This document shows, piece by piece, positions 12,017 to 23,850 of a stretch of DNA of 64,000 nucleotides. The notes under the pieces are model-generated. The model saw only the letters and a program-made list of their open reading frames with translations, had not been told where the DNA came from and did not search any database. The first letter of the stretch is position 1. Each line of letters starts with the position of its first letter. Both the position numbers and the translations under genes were made by a program. This DNA comes from Octopus sinensis (taxonomy: Eukaryota), in NCBI RefSeq assembly GCF_006345805.1, contig NC_043005.1:95108001-95172000 (forward strand), in the 5' to 3' direction.

Positions 12017-12405
12017 CTCTTTACTCTTTTACTTGTTTCAGTCATTTGACTGCGGCCATGCTGGAGCACTGCCTTTAGTCGAGCAAATCGACCCCAGGAC
12101 TTATTCTTTGTAAGCCCAGTACTTATTCTATCGGTCTCTTTTGCCTAACCGCTAAGTGACGGCGACGTAAACACACCAGCATCGGTTGTCAAGCAATGCT
12201 AGGGGGACAAACACAGACACACAAACATACACACGCATATATACGACGGGCTTCTTTCAGTTTCCGTCCACCAAATCCACTCACAAGGCTTTGGTCGGCC
12301 CGAGGCTATAGTAGAAGACACTTGCCCAAGATTCCACGCAGTGGGACTGAACCCGGATGCATGTGGTTGGTAAGCAAGCTACTTACCACACAGCCACTCC
12401 TGCGC
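12017..12405 (-). mobile_element. tRNA-derived SINE family B, near full length
   Basis: Head gtgtggtaagtagcttgcttacc...gttcagtccc, body caaagccttgtgagtggatttgg, tail gctccagcatggccgcagtcaaatgactgaaacaagtaaaagagtaa. Confidence 0.85.
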
Positions 12406-15041
12406 CTATATATATATATATATATATAGTAGCTTAAAGGCCACCCTATCAGGCAGCTTTAAAGCTAGTATGTAGCTTTTAAGCAACTGAACCCCAAATG
12501 GGAAGATCTGCAAACAGATCTCTGACCTGTTTTGGAGAAGTTTTTGCAATTGCTTCCCCCAGAGTCATATCCCAATGATGATCATATTCGTCTCAAAAAT
12601 CATGTGAAACAAAAAAAAAAAATCGTTGAGAACAATCGCAGTAACAAAAATATAAGTATCCAAAATTTCAAGATCGCAGGTCAAGATTCAGCCCAGAATG
12701 TTTTTAATTTACTCATGGAGTCAGCCTGATTCCAAAATGAAAAAGTGTGACATACTGGCACACTGACATTCACATTTATTATATTAGATATGCTTAATTT
12801 TGGGGAAACTGTATTTCATTTAAAGTGTATTTTATATGTGTGTGTGTGTGTGTGTGTGTGCGTGCGTACGTATATATGTACACACACACATATGTATGTA
12901 GTAAAGAAAGGAAAAAATAAAACAAAAATGATAGTGTTCAGTGGTTGGTTCAGTATGCTGGCCACAGGAATTTGTCCAGGAAAGTTGTACATCATCTCCC
13001 TCCTTCTCTTACATACCCACTCTCTCTCTCTCTTATTATTACTCCCATTTACTACTTTTAACAAAACATCATCAAATCTCCCTAAATTTCTTTGTCTCTC
13101 TTTCTCTTTCTTTCTCTGTCTGTCTTTGCCATCACCCTCACTGTCTCCATCCTTACTATTACTCTCAGCCCAGCACAAAGAAGTGTCACTGAATAGTGAG
13201 AGAGGGGTTCAAAGTGTGACACACTGACACACACAAATTAGTTTTTGTATTTATCATATCTCTCTCTCTCTCTCATACATATATATATATATATATATAT
13301 TATATACGCTCACACACACACTGTAGTTGTTTGTGAATAATTTCAATCTTAACTATAAATATCACACAAATGCTTCACTCCAACTATGCTATGTTTACAT
13401 ATATATGTGGGGGATGGGTTGCAAGCATGACTATAGAAAGAAGTTTGCTTCCCAACCACACAAGTTTAGGTTCAGTCCCACAGCATGTCACCTTGGGCAA
13501 ATGTCTTCTACAATAGTCCAAAGCTGATGAAGGCCTTGAGAGTGGATTTAGTAGATGGAAACTGAAAGAGCCTATTGTGTGCTTGAGTGTGTGTGTGTGT
13601 GTGCATTACTGTCCCCTTACCTTGACATCACATGATGTAGCCAGTTCCTATCAAACTGTCCAACCCATGCCAGCATGGAAAATGGATGTTAAATGTTCAT
13701 GATGACAATGATGGCTGGGTGACTGGGTCTGGAAGGAAGCAGTGACTATATTCTTGATGTGAAGAAAGCAGCAGTGCCTACACAGGCCCTCAAGAATTGA
13801 TTCACTTCACTCCTATACATACATAGTTATTCACTTGATCAATACTGGAGGAATGTGAAAGCGAAACCAACAGTGGTAGGATTTGAACTTCGAAAGAATG
13901 TTAAAAAAATGCAACCAAAATACTAAAATGTGTTTTGTCTGACAATTCAACATTTCTGACAACTTGCCAAGCAATAATGATGATTTCTGACAATTTGCCA
14001 AACAACAATGACAATGATAATGATTTCTATAATTAGCAGAAGGCCACATATTTGTGAGGGAAGAGTAGATTGAATGAACAACTACTACAACAATAATAGC
14101 AGTTGAAGTATTTTAGCAATGTTTTCCAACCCTGCCAAGAGAAGAAAGAAAGGTGGGAGGCACAAATCAAGACTAGCAGGATTTGAACTTCGACCATAAA
14201 GGGATGTAACTAAATGCCACAAAGCACTTAATTCAGTGCCATTCTTTCTGACAAGTTGCATGGTGGTGGTGTGCTTAAGAAGCTCACTTTGCAGTTTCAG
14301 GTTCAGTCCCATTGTGCAGCACCTCAGGCAAATGTCCTCTACTATAGCCAACCAATGTTTTGGGAATAAATTTGGTAGATGGAAACTGGGTAGATGCAGT
14401 GTGTGTGTGTGTGTGTGTGTGTGTCTGTCTCTCTTTCTCTTTGTACTTGTCCCTGTAACTTGGCAGTTTGGCAAAAGATACTGATAGAATATGCATGAAA
14501 CTTTAAAAAATGTAAATGCCAGAGTCAATTTATTTGAGCAAACCATCCAGAGTCAATTTATTGGCAGTTGTCCAATGACTGAAACGTATAAAAGTTAAAA
14601 GTAAAAGTAAAAGTTACCCACATTTCAGGCAAAGGGTAACTTACCAAACCAACTCTGGTACTTGACCATTGTTATATCTTATCAACCAAGGAAGAAGTGA
14701 AAAGCAAGGTTGATTTTGATGTTGGCATATGAATTCAGGACATAAAAAAGGTGGAACTGAACACCACAAGGCATTTTGTTTATCTATCTACAAAAATATG
14801 CAGATCCATACAGCCTTCTTTCTTTTGTAGACTTATGTCAGACTTACTAATGGACATACCATGTTTTGTAAATTATAGGATATGTGTGGCTCGGTTTCAT
14901 CAGTTTGTCTTTCAACTCTTCCAGTCAATAATTATCTCTAACACTAGCAGAGAGAAAAAATTTGATTGAATTGGTTCAAGTACATACTTCATAATTTACA
15001 TTATTTACATTCGATGGATATTTATCCTCATCTTGTTTTTT

Positions 15042-15087
15042 AACACAACATTTCGGCTGATATACTTTCCAGCCTTCATCAGGTGTC
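15042..15087 (-). ncRNA. Minimal type-I hammerhead ribozyme-like motif
   Basis: GACAC-CUGAUGA-A-GGCUG(10-nt loop)CAGCC-GAAA-UG-UU-GUGUU: helix I 5 bp, helix II 5 bp, loopless helix III. Confidence 0.6.
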
Positions 15088-15367
15088 TTGGGGAAATTTT
15101 GAACCTGGGTTCTCATTCCTAAGGTATTTTTCGATGTTATTATTATTATTGTTCAGGTCACTGCTTGGAATCGAACTCAGAATCTTGGGGTTAGTAGCTC
15201 GTGCTCTTAACCACTATGCCATATGCTCATGGGCATAGTGGTTAAGAGTGCTGGTTACTAACCCCAAGATTCCGAGTTCGATTCCAAGCAGTGACCTGAA
15301 CAATAATAATAATAATAACAATGAAAAATACCTTAGAAATGAGAACCCAGGTTCAAAATTTCCTCAA

Positions 15368-15413
15368 GATACTTGAAGAAGGCTGGAGGGTATATCAGCC
15401 GAAATGTTGTGTT
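15368..15413 (+). ncRNA. Degenerate hammerhead-like motif (mirror arm)
   Basis: GAUAC-UUGAAGA-A-GGCUG...CAGCC-GAAA-UG-UU-GUGUU, with C3 changed to U. Confidence 0.45.
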
Positions 15414-16049
15414 AACAACAAACAAGATGAGGACAAATATCAATCGAATGTAAATAATGTACATAATTCCTCATCTCTTAAATATAGAACTGTACTTGAT
15501 AATTATTTTATCAACCACAGAAAGGATGCAAATTACAGCCAAGCCCCTGCTATGTTCATAATATAAAAGGATATAGTTAAATATGGTATGACTGTTACCA
15601 GACTATTAATAAAATGCATCCAGACCATGCTGTAAAGTGTTTGGTGATAGGAAGGACATGCAGCTGTGAAAATTATGTGAAAAAAGGAAGAAATGAATTG
15701 AAGAGCTGTGAAGCCAGCATTGGGGAGCATTATTTCCAAGTAAAGAGAAGAAACTTCAACATCTCTGGTGCCAGTGTCAGGATAAAATACACTTAATTCA
15801 AGTGGTTGGTGAATGAAAGGGCACTATCATAAAAACCAGGGACAAAAACAACCACAATATATAAACACTGATAGTTTTATCTGTTGCTGGGTGTGCAGGA
15901 TAATGAAGGCCGACAACCAGTGGTTAAAACCTTATGTAAAATCATTTTTAGTATTTCAGAAACGTTTCCTGGTAAATATATTTACAAAAAAAAAAGTACA
16001 TGCAAACACTTTGATCAAGGTTTATCTTTCATCTGTTATTTGTTTCACC

Positions 16050-16395
16050 GGTCATGCTGGGGCACCACTTTGTTGAACATATCCACCTGGGTACTTATTT
16101 TCAAATCTGGTACTTATTTTATTGGTCTCTTTTGTTGAACTGCTAAGCTACAGAGAAGTAAACAAACCAGCACTAGTTATCAAGCAGCAGAGGGGGAACA
16201 AGCACAAAGATACAAACACACACACACAAACATACATTGGGCTTCTTTTAGTTTCTGTCTATCAAACCCACTCACAATGCTTTGGTCAGCCCAGGGCTAC
16301 AGAAGAATACACTTGCCCAAGGTGCCACACAGTGGGTCTGAACCCAAAACCATGTGGTTGGGAAGTAAAATTCTTACCACACAGCCACGCCTGCA
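16050..16395 (-). mobile_element. SINE family B copy (CpG-decayed); further decayed copies at about 7855-7990, 10470-10610, 13420-13620, 14255-14620 and 19375-19510
   Basis: Shared body and tail motifs. Confidence 0.75.
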
Positions 16396-17826
16396 CCTAT
16401 TTATGATAACATTTTCCCTTTTCAGTCCTCTGTTTGAATGTTTTCTATTTTTAGGTTTATTTTTATATTTTGACAAGAGGAGAGGAAATCTAATAGTCAT
16501 GTGATCAGACAATCTACATTGATGTGGGTGGAATTAGGATAGACATTTCATACTGAGTATACAAATTACTTAAACATGTGACTTGTTATTTTGGGTGGTG
16601 AGGATAACCGCATTTATGTTTAGGATGGTGATAATGGTATTTTCAATGCTGAATCCACCTGACCCCAATATTGTACTAATCTGTAGTTTAAGAAGGTCAA
16701 CAGTTTGTAAAATGTCACTTGTACTGCATACTTCTTGCAAAGAGGCACCATGAGGATGTACAAACCATTTCACTGGTCAATAATGAAAGCTGTGTGGTAA
16801 CTAACTACCAGAAATAACAGCCAAAACTCTCTCCAAGGATACCTTACTATCTTAAAAAAGACATTATATAATACATCCTCTGCATGTAGGAAGACAGGAT
16901 GGTCATGTCTAGAATGACTTTGATCATATGTTTGCTTGATCAGGGCTAACTTTGGATGAAACGACAACATATCATTTTGCTGTATAAGAATACCATACAG
17001 AGAGATGTGGATCACTTCACAAAGTGAATAACACCTTTACAAGGTATATGAACAGATACCATGCAAAAGAATAAACTCACGGAACTGTAAATAATAGCTA
17101 AATACTGGATAAAATTTCACTAAACCTAAGAAGACTAGTTTTTGTAATAGCAATAATTGTCTGTAGTACAAACTAAATTTAACTTCTGTAATACACAAAC
17201 ATACATTATTGATATGTATTCTTAAAAACTTAAGTGAGAACCAAGAATATAAAAACCAAATAAAACAATGTGCTCAGTCTAATGTTTTCCTGTTCTATTT
17301 AAATGAATAAATGAACAAAACAATCCAAGTGTTAAAATAAAATTGGGTTATTACCAGAAAAGCCATCCCCACAAAGTGACATAGCAGTAGTAGTAATAAA
17401 GATATTTGATTAGCAGCTACTTAGTAGTCAGCGTTTTAGGGGTTAGGTCTTAGTTTTAAGATCACATATCTATTGACTGTGACCACCATTTTATTTTTTC
17501 ACATATCTGGGACTACATTATCTCACCCTTCTTTGCTACGATGATAAAGAAGGTAATTTCATGGAGATACGTACTACATAAAAAAATCTATAAACACAGA
17601 TGCACACACACACATACACAGGTAGGTAGGTAGGGGTGTATGTGTATATATGTATGTCCTCTAATTTTTAATTATTATAAATTTTCCACTGAGGAGGGAG
17701 CCAGTTTCCAACAAAGATACAAGGCTCCATCTTTGGGATGTAGTTAACAAGGACAAATTCACAATTGGAATTTTTTACTCTACCATTTACAGATTGCACA
17801 CGCGTGTGCGTATGTATGTATGTATG

Positions 17827-17871
<45 letters not shown>

Positions 17872-17874
<3 letters not shown>

Positions 17875-18780
17875 GTCATTGAGAATGAAATGCCCGATTT
17901 TGATCTGAAAGTTTATTTTACTTTATCTCAACAAAAAGCAATGCAGCTAATCAAAGTGTGCCCCTAAATTATCAACACAATTTTGCCATTTTACCGGTAG
18001 CTTATATATGCCGGCAGCAAAGAATTCTAGAGAGCAAGAGGTGGTGAAATCACAAAAGGTTGTTTTTGTATCTTCTTCAGATTGGAATTTTTTTCTTTGC
18101 AAAATGTTGTCTAATGCCTGGAAAACGTGATAGTCAGTTGGTTCAAGGTCTGGTGAATATGGTAGAAGACCGAATACTTCCATGTTCAGTTCCTGTAACT
18201 TGAGTAGCGTTCTTTGTGCAACATGTGGTTGAGCATTGTCTTGCAAGAGAATTGGCCTATCTCTATTGACCAATCTCGGTTGTTTAATTGAAAGTTCACT
18301 CATCATTTCATCCAATTGGTTAATGTATACAACCACTGTAATTGACTTACCAGATCTCGTGAAGTTGTAGTGGATGACACCAGTGCTGGATCACCAAACA
18401 GACACCTTTAGCTTTTTTTGGTGAATATTCTTTTTTTGATTGTGTTTTGGTACTTCGTGTCTATCCAACCACCGTGCAGAATGCTTGCTACTTTTGAAAA
18501 GAATTCATTTTTCATCACACATAACAATATGATGCAAAAATGGTTCACTTTTATGCCATGACAACAAAGAACAGCAAGTTTCAAGATGACATGTCACTTG
18601 ATGCTCATTCAGTTCATGTGGTACCTATTTGTCCAGCTTCTTTACCTTGCCGATTTGTTTCAGATGGTCCAATACAGCTGGAATTAAAACATCAAACCTT
18701 GCTGCTAACTCATGTGTAGTTTGAGATGAATCTGCTTCCACTACACTTTCCAGCTCATCGTTATCTACCCTGGTCTCAGA
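17872..18780 (-). mobile_element. Mariner/Tc1 transposase relic
   Basis: Minus strand reads K*VPHEL, IVMCDEK*, LLQDNAQPH, YSPDLEPTDYHVF and KWQNCVD; one TIR end starts TA-tcaggtc at ~17870. Confidence 0.92.
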
Positions 18781-19828
18781 AAATGTGTTCTCATACTGAC
18801 AAACTATCAGACATGGGAAACAGAGTAATTTGTTCCGAATGGGTCATCTCGTCATTCCTCAGACTATTCATAATACTTTCAATCAAAATAACAATGACAT
18901 TCCTTGCTGCCAACTTCGGTTTTGATCTTCAGCTTAAGCTTTGGCTTCTCTTTTCTGAGAATGACAATATTCTTATCTGTTTCAAAGTTGGGGAAAGTAG
19001 AGAGAAAACTAAACTATTTGACCCTTTTGCCATCCTGGGGGTGATTGAAAGCATGAGAAATTCTACTGGGTTATAATATTCTTAAATGAATCAAAGCTTT
19101 ATGCTAATCAATCATTTAGGTGCTAGTTTACTTTTTTTTTACATAACCTTTCTTAAATAACTTTTAATATTTAAAATTAAATTTTGAAGCGTTGACATGA
19201 ACAAATGGATGGAAATTTTATATTTTAAACACACACACACATAAATTGCCAGTTTCTTCTTTTTGCTCTGTGTGTGAAAAAGTCAAGAAAACTCTGGGGT
19301 CACATGACTGAGTTAAGGTCCTAAAAAGAGATAAAAAATGCTCTCTCCATTGGTTAAATCTTTTAAGACAGCAAGCATGGGTCTGTAATGAGAAGTTTGC
19401 TTCCCAACCACATGGTTCCAAGTCCAGTCTTCTACTAGTATCTTCTATTATAGCCTTGGGCCAACTAAAACCTTCTAAGTGGACTTGATAGTAGGAAACT
19501 GAAAAAAAAAACCTATAATACATATATATGTGTCAACAACCCTCACCTGTTTTCAAGCAAGATAATATTTCCCCCTGTCCAGACACGATTTGCTATGGAA
19601 GACTGGTAAGAATCTTATTTGCATAACAGTGATGCTCCTTTGCAACCATTACAAGATGTGAAGACAAGGGTACACAAACATGCTCTCTCTCACACACGAG
19701 GCTTTGGTTGGTCCAGGTGCTGCACAGTGGAACTGAAACCAAAACCACATAGATAGGGAGCAAGTTTCTTAACCACATACCCATCATATATATATATCAT
19801 GATGATGATATATATATCATGATGATGA

Positions 19829-19862
<34 letters not shown>

Positions 19863-19951
19863 GGAAAGTTTACGAAAATAAACAAAAGACAAAGGCAGGT
19901 GAAGTACAAACAAACAAATGTATTAGTATAGCGCTCAGGAATAGAAAAAGT

Positions 19952-19986
19952 CTTTTACGTTTCGAGCTACGCTCTTCTACAGAAAG
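19952..19986 (-). ncRNA. Minimal hammerhead-like motif in a Penelope-like terminal fragment (~19861-20040)
   Basis: CUUU-CUGUAGA-A-GAGC(GUA)GCUC-GAAA-CG-UA-AAAG, with palindromic ACGU helix III and an A6U core variant. Confidence 0.5.
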
Positions 19987-20210
19987 GTACACAGAAAAAA
20001 ACAAGGAGAGAAAGAAATTGCGTGTAGGAGCTAACAATCTATCATGGCGTCCTGACTTCAGACAGTGGTCAGACGCGAGAGGGACAGTAGGGGAGATAAC
20101 AGGGTCAAGTGACTTCCAATACGAAGGCGCCCCATATATATACATGTCAAATTTCATCAAAATCAATAAAACGATGTAGGAGGAGTTAGCTAACAATGCC
20201 ACTGATTTTC

Positions 20211-20263
<53 letters not shown>

Positions 20264-21048
20264 ATATATATAAAGCCTCCCAATTCCTTGTCCTTTTCCT
20301 TTCTCATGAAGTAGTCATAGCTTCTGCGAAACTCTGCCAAAATTTCTTGTTTCAGAGCCTAAACTCTAGGATATCCCTTCTGCTTCTATCAAATCTCTTC
20401 TGCACCACCATCACTACACTCCACAAGAGTTACAGCCGGTTAAATGGTGTACTTATTGTAGAACTCCAACACATTTTCATCTTGAATAATACATCCTTTA
20501 TCATGTTGAAAACTGAAATAGCTAGTTATATAACTAAGATCCTAGTGTTCTTTAGCCATGTAACTAATATATAAATAAAGCACTGGATTGTGATTCTTTG
20601 TGATTGTTTCCTTTAAGCACTTTGTATATTGTTAAGAAAATTTTTTGTAGAGTTTGAATCCAAAACAAAGATAGAAAGAAAGGTGTTTAAAACAAGTATT
20701 ACAATACACAATGCTGATGTATCATCAAAAGTTATGTAAAGAAAAACAGTTCAGATACCATGTTACACAGAGGCATGTGATGTGGATTCAGGGAGGCAGT
20801 GGGAAAATGAAACTCAGATATATAAATGTATACAAATATATATGTATTTATGTTACGACACAAAGAGGCAGGGCTGAAAAAGATGGTGAACGACATCATC
20901 TATTAATACTGAAAGATCGCCTATGTACGTGTGTGCACGCAAGTTTAACTATAGAAAGGTGGGGAATATACTCAACACCTGCAACAGGATTCATTCATTA
21001 GAAGTTATACTTTTCAGTTTCTCAGTTTTTCCAAACGTTCTACACATA

Positions 21049-21097
<49 letters not shown>

Positions 21098-21103
21098 CAC
21101 ACA

Positions 21104-21267
21104 CCGTATTTTACGTCTATAAGGAACCCCATAATTTCGGGAACTTAAAATTTGGAAAAAAGGTTTTGTAAAGGATTATAATATCCATGTATAAGAAACT
21201 CCCATATTTTTTTAACCTAATTTTTTATTAAAAAAAGAAGTGGGGTTCCTTATACACGTTAAAATAC

Positions 21268-21269
<2 letters not shown>
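21104..21269. mobile_element. MITE with ~28-bp TIRs; partial copy at about 25195-25310
   Basis: ccgtattttacgtctataaggaacccc / ggggttccttatacacgttaaaatacgg. Confidence 0.8.
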
Positions 21270-21324
<55 letters not shown>

Positions 21325-21326
<2 letters not shown>

Positions 21327-21472
21327 ATAAATAACAGTGAGAAGTTGATCGTTGTTGTTATAAAGTCATTATTTAATTCAGGTGAGAGTATGTTTACAGC
21401 TGTCTCAGTATATCAAACTGGGGTAAATTTGCAAATTTACCCCAATGATCCACTTCTCACTGTTATTTATTG
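21325..21472. mobile_element. Small foldback element with 26-bp TIRs and an internal 26-bp perfect palindrome
   Basis: TIRs caataaataacagtgagaagttgatc / gatccacttctcactgttatttattg; palindrome tggggtaaatttgcaaatttacccca at 21419-21444. Confidence 0.75.
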
Positions 21473-21621
21473 CTCCATTTCTTATCGTCTTTATATACAT
21501 TAAACCACGGTTTTACCTTTTAAATTATTTACTACCGTGTACCTTATAACATACATACTAAGTTAAACCTGGAGTGCCTATGGATACATCTATCCCTCAG
21601 AAGGCTACATTACCTCTAAAT

Positions 21622-21687
<66 letters not shown>

Positions 21688-22973
21688 GGTCAGTTGTCCA
21701 ATAGTACATGCAACAGATAGAAATATACGACTCGACAATATAAAAATGTGTGTGTATAGTGTTATTTGCTGTTTAGTTTCAATTAAACCATTTTATGATA
21801 GAACATATCTATTGTCTAAGGTGTTCCAGTTGCAGCCATCTAGTCATTTTATTTTCGGACAGTAAATGACGAGCTAAATTATCTAATGTAGCTCTTCCAT
21901 TTTCAAGACGGCAGGGAGTGTTTGAGAGATGTGACTGCTATTTCTAACAGGTCGAGCGACCACGTAAAAGTTTCTATAGCTGTATATATCAAAGTGAAAG
22001 ATTAAGCTGTTTACGTACGCAAACACACAAGCTGTCGCTAATGTCCTTCCGAAAACCATGGTTACTACAATAGTCACTTTCCCTTACACACACACACACA
22101 CACACAATACGTATTTAATAACATAGGTAGATGGATAGATACAGCAGTGATCGATTTGATTTCGAGCACAACTTTTTAATTGCAGACACATTCTTATAAC
22201 ATTTTCGATAATGATATCATCTCATCCATAATTTTGTTGTAGATTCTTGGTGACAAATGCAATATAATTTTGTCAAGAATTACGCCAAACACACGCTGCG
22301 CTCTTGAATATTTTTCGAAAACAGGTTTTTCAGCCCAAAAAGTCAGTAAGCGCCCTTTTGGACCAAGTAGCGCCTGTACGGGGCTTCGTATGGATTTTCA
22401 ATTTGGTGGGGGCCATGGAAAAAAGAAACAGCACTAACATAGGTATAAATTCGAAACCGTTATATATACCCTTACGTACAAAATGTACAAGGAATATAAT
22501 AGGTATTAGGAATCCAATTAGACAGGATATGAGATAATAAATGAGACCAAACGGGTTACTTACGGGCGACACAACTTAACCACTTCAGTTGTTGCATCTT
22601 GGAAACATAACCTTCTTTCCGTGACAGCAGTTTTCCTTCGTTCTTACTTCTCTGTTGAAGGCAAATTAGAGTATTTGCCTGTATATTTTGACCTTTGCTT
22701 TTTAATGTTTCTTTATTCCACGCAGAAACAGTTGCTCTACCAATATTCGGAATGGTAATAAACAGAAACAAAGAGTTATTTTGTTTGTGTTTTTTCGCTC
22801 AACCCTCAACACAACAATCCCGCACGCACTTCCTGTCGATGACCTCAATGTTTTTCACAAGCAACACATCACGGTTGCATCACGGGAATAAATTTATAAT
22901 ATTACTCAGATGTTTTCGTTTCTCCTTGTTTTTTCTCTTATATTCATAGGAAGGTTGAGGGTACTACTTGAAA

Positions 22974-23160
22974 GGTGGCGAGCTGGCAGAAACGTTAGCG
23001 CGGTATTTCGTCTGCTATTGCGTTCTAAGTTCAAATTCCGCCGAGGTCGATTTTGCCTTTCGGGGTCGATTAAATAAGTACCAGTTACGCGCTGGGATTG
23101 ATATAATCAACTTAATCCGTTTGTCTGTCCTTGTTTGTCCTCTCTGTGTTTAGAAATAGG
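22974..23160 (+). mobile_element. SINE family A copy
   Basis: Same head and core as 4185-4420. Confidence 0.85.
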
Positions 23161-23416
23161 TACTACTTAAGAAGAGTGGTCCCGGTGCGCGCACTCGCGT
23201 ACTCGTGCATCCGCGCTAGCTAGTCATGACTAGTCGATCCTTACTTTGTGTTTTTGTGTGTTATTTACTTTTTTTAAAAAAATTATTTACTTTGTGTTTT
23301 TGTGTTTTATTTACTTTGCTAGGCAGTCGTTGTAGGATCGACTAGTCACGACTAGCTAGCGTGGATGCGCGAATACGCGAGTGCGCGCACCGGGACCACT
23401 CTTCTTAAGTAGTACC
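23159..23416. mobile_element. MITE with 83-bp GC-rich TIRs
   Basis: 23159-23241 is the reverse complement of 23334-23416, with a few CpG/TpG mismatches. Confidence 0.88.
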
Positions 23417-23474
23417 AAAGTTGAGTGATATGTATGCATGTATGTAAACACACACACAAGCGCACATACGCACG

Positions 23475-23504
<30 letters not shown>

Positions 23505-23511
<7 letters not shown>

Positions 23512-23850
23512 TCTTTTACTTGTTTCAGTCATTTGACTGCGGCCATGCTGGATCCTCGAAGGGTTTTTAGGCGAACAAATCGAACCCAGGACTAACTTCT
23601 TAAGCCCAGTACTTATTCTATCGGCTCCTTTGGCCGAACCCCTAAGTTACGGAGGACGTAAACACACCAACACTGGTTCTCAAGTGGTGATGGACACGGA
23701 CACGCACACATATTTATACACGACGGGCTTCTTTCAATTTCCATCTACTAAATCCACTCACAAGGCTTTGGTCGGCCCAAGGCTATAGTAGAAGACACTT
23801 GTCCAAGGTGCCATGCAGTGGAACTGAACCTGAGACCATGTGGTTGAGAA
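23505..23850 (-). mobile_element. SINE family B copy
   Basis: Colinear with 12017-12405. Confidence 0.85.

Larger units (their letters stand above)
14993..15465. mobile_element. ~470-bp palindromic element with divergent tRNA-like heads and a hammerhead-like motif in each arm
   Basis: Arms of ~230 bp are reverse complements around a 10-nt spacer (15221-15230). A/B-box-like motifs lie at 15156-15220 (-) and 15231-15296 (+). Confidence 0.85.

Noticed and set aside
12532-12729. 65-aa plus-strand ORF
   Set aside because: No recognisable motif; it is probably a decayed repeat.
15156-15296. Possible tRNA genes
   Set aside because: They have A/B boxes but no closing acceptor stem, and the anticodon arms differ between the two arms; they are tRNA-like heads only. 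The same applies to the SINE heads.
17078-17122. Possible 45-nt phase 1-1 exon (GLVKFYPVFSYYLQF) upstream of 8248
   Set aside because: Splice sites and phase fit, but such short cassettes arise by chance in 64 kb and nothing else supports it.
18781-19076. 5' part and left TIR of the mariner element
   Set aside because: No match to the TIR at 17872 and no convincing transposase N-terminus, so the element boundary was left at ~18780.
20270-20700. Coding-like stretch on the minus strand (EFRRSYDYFMRKEKDKELGG)
   Set aside because: All frames are interrupted and I could not recognise a motif or a consistent splice pair.
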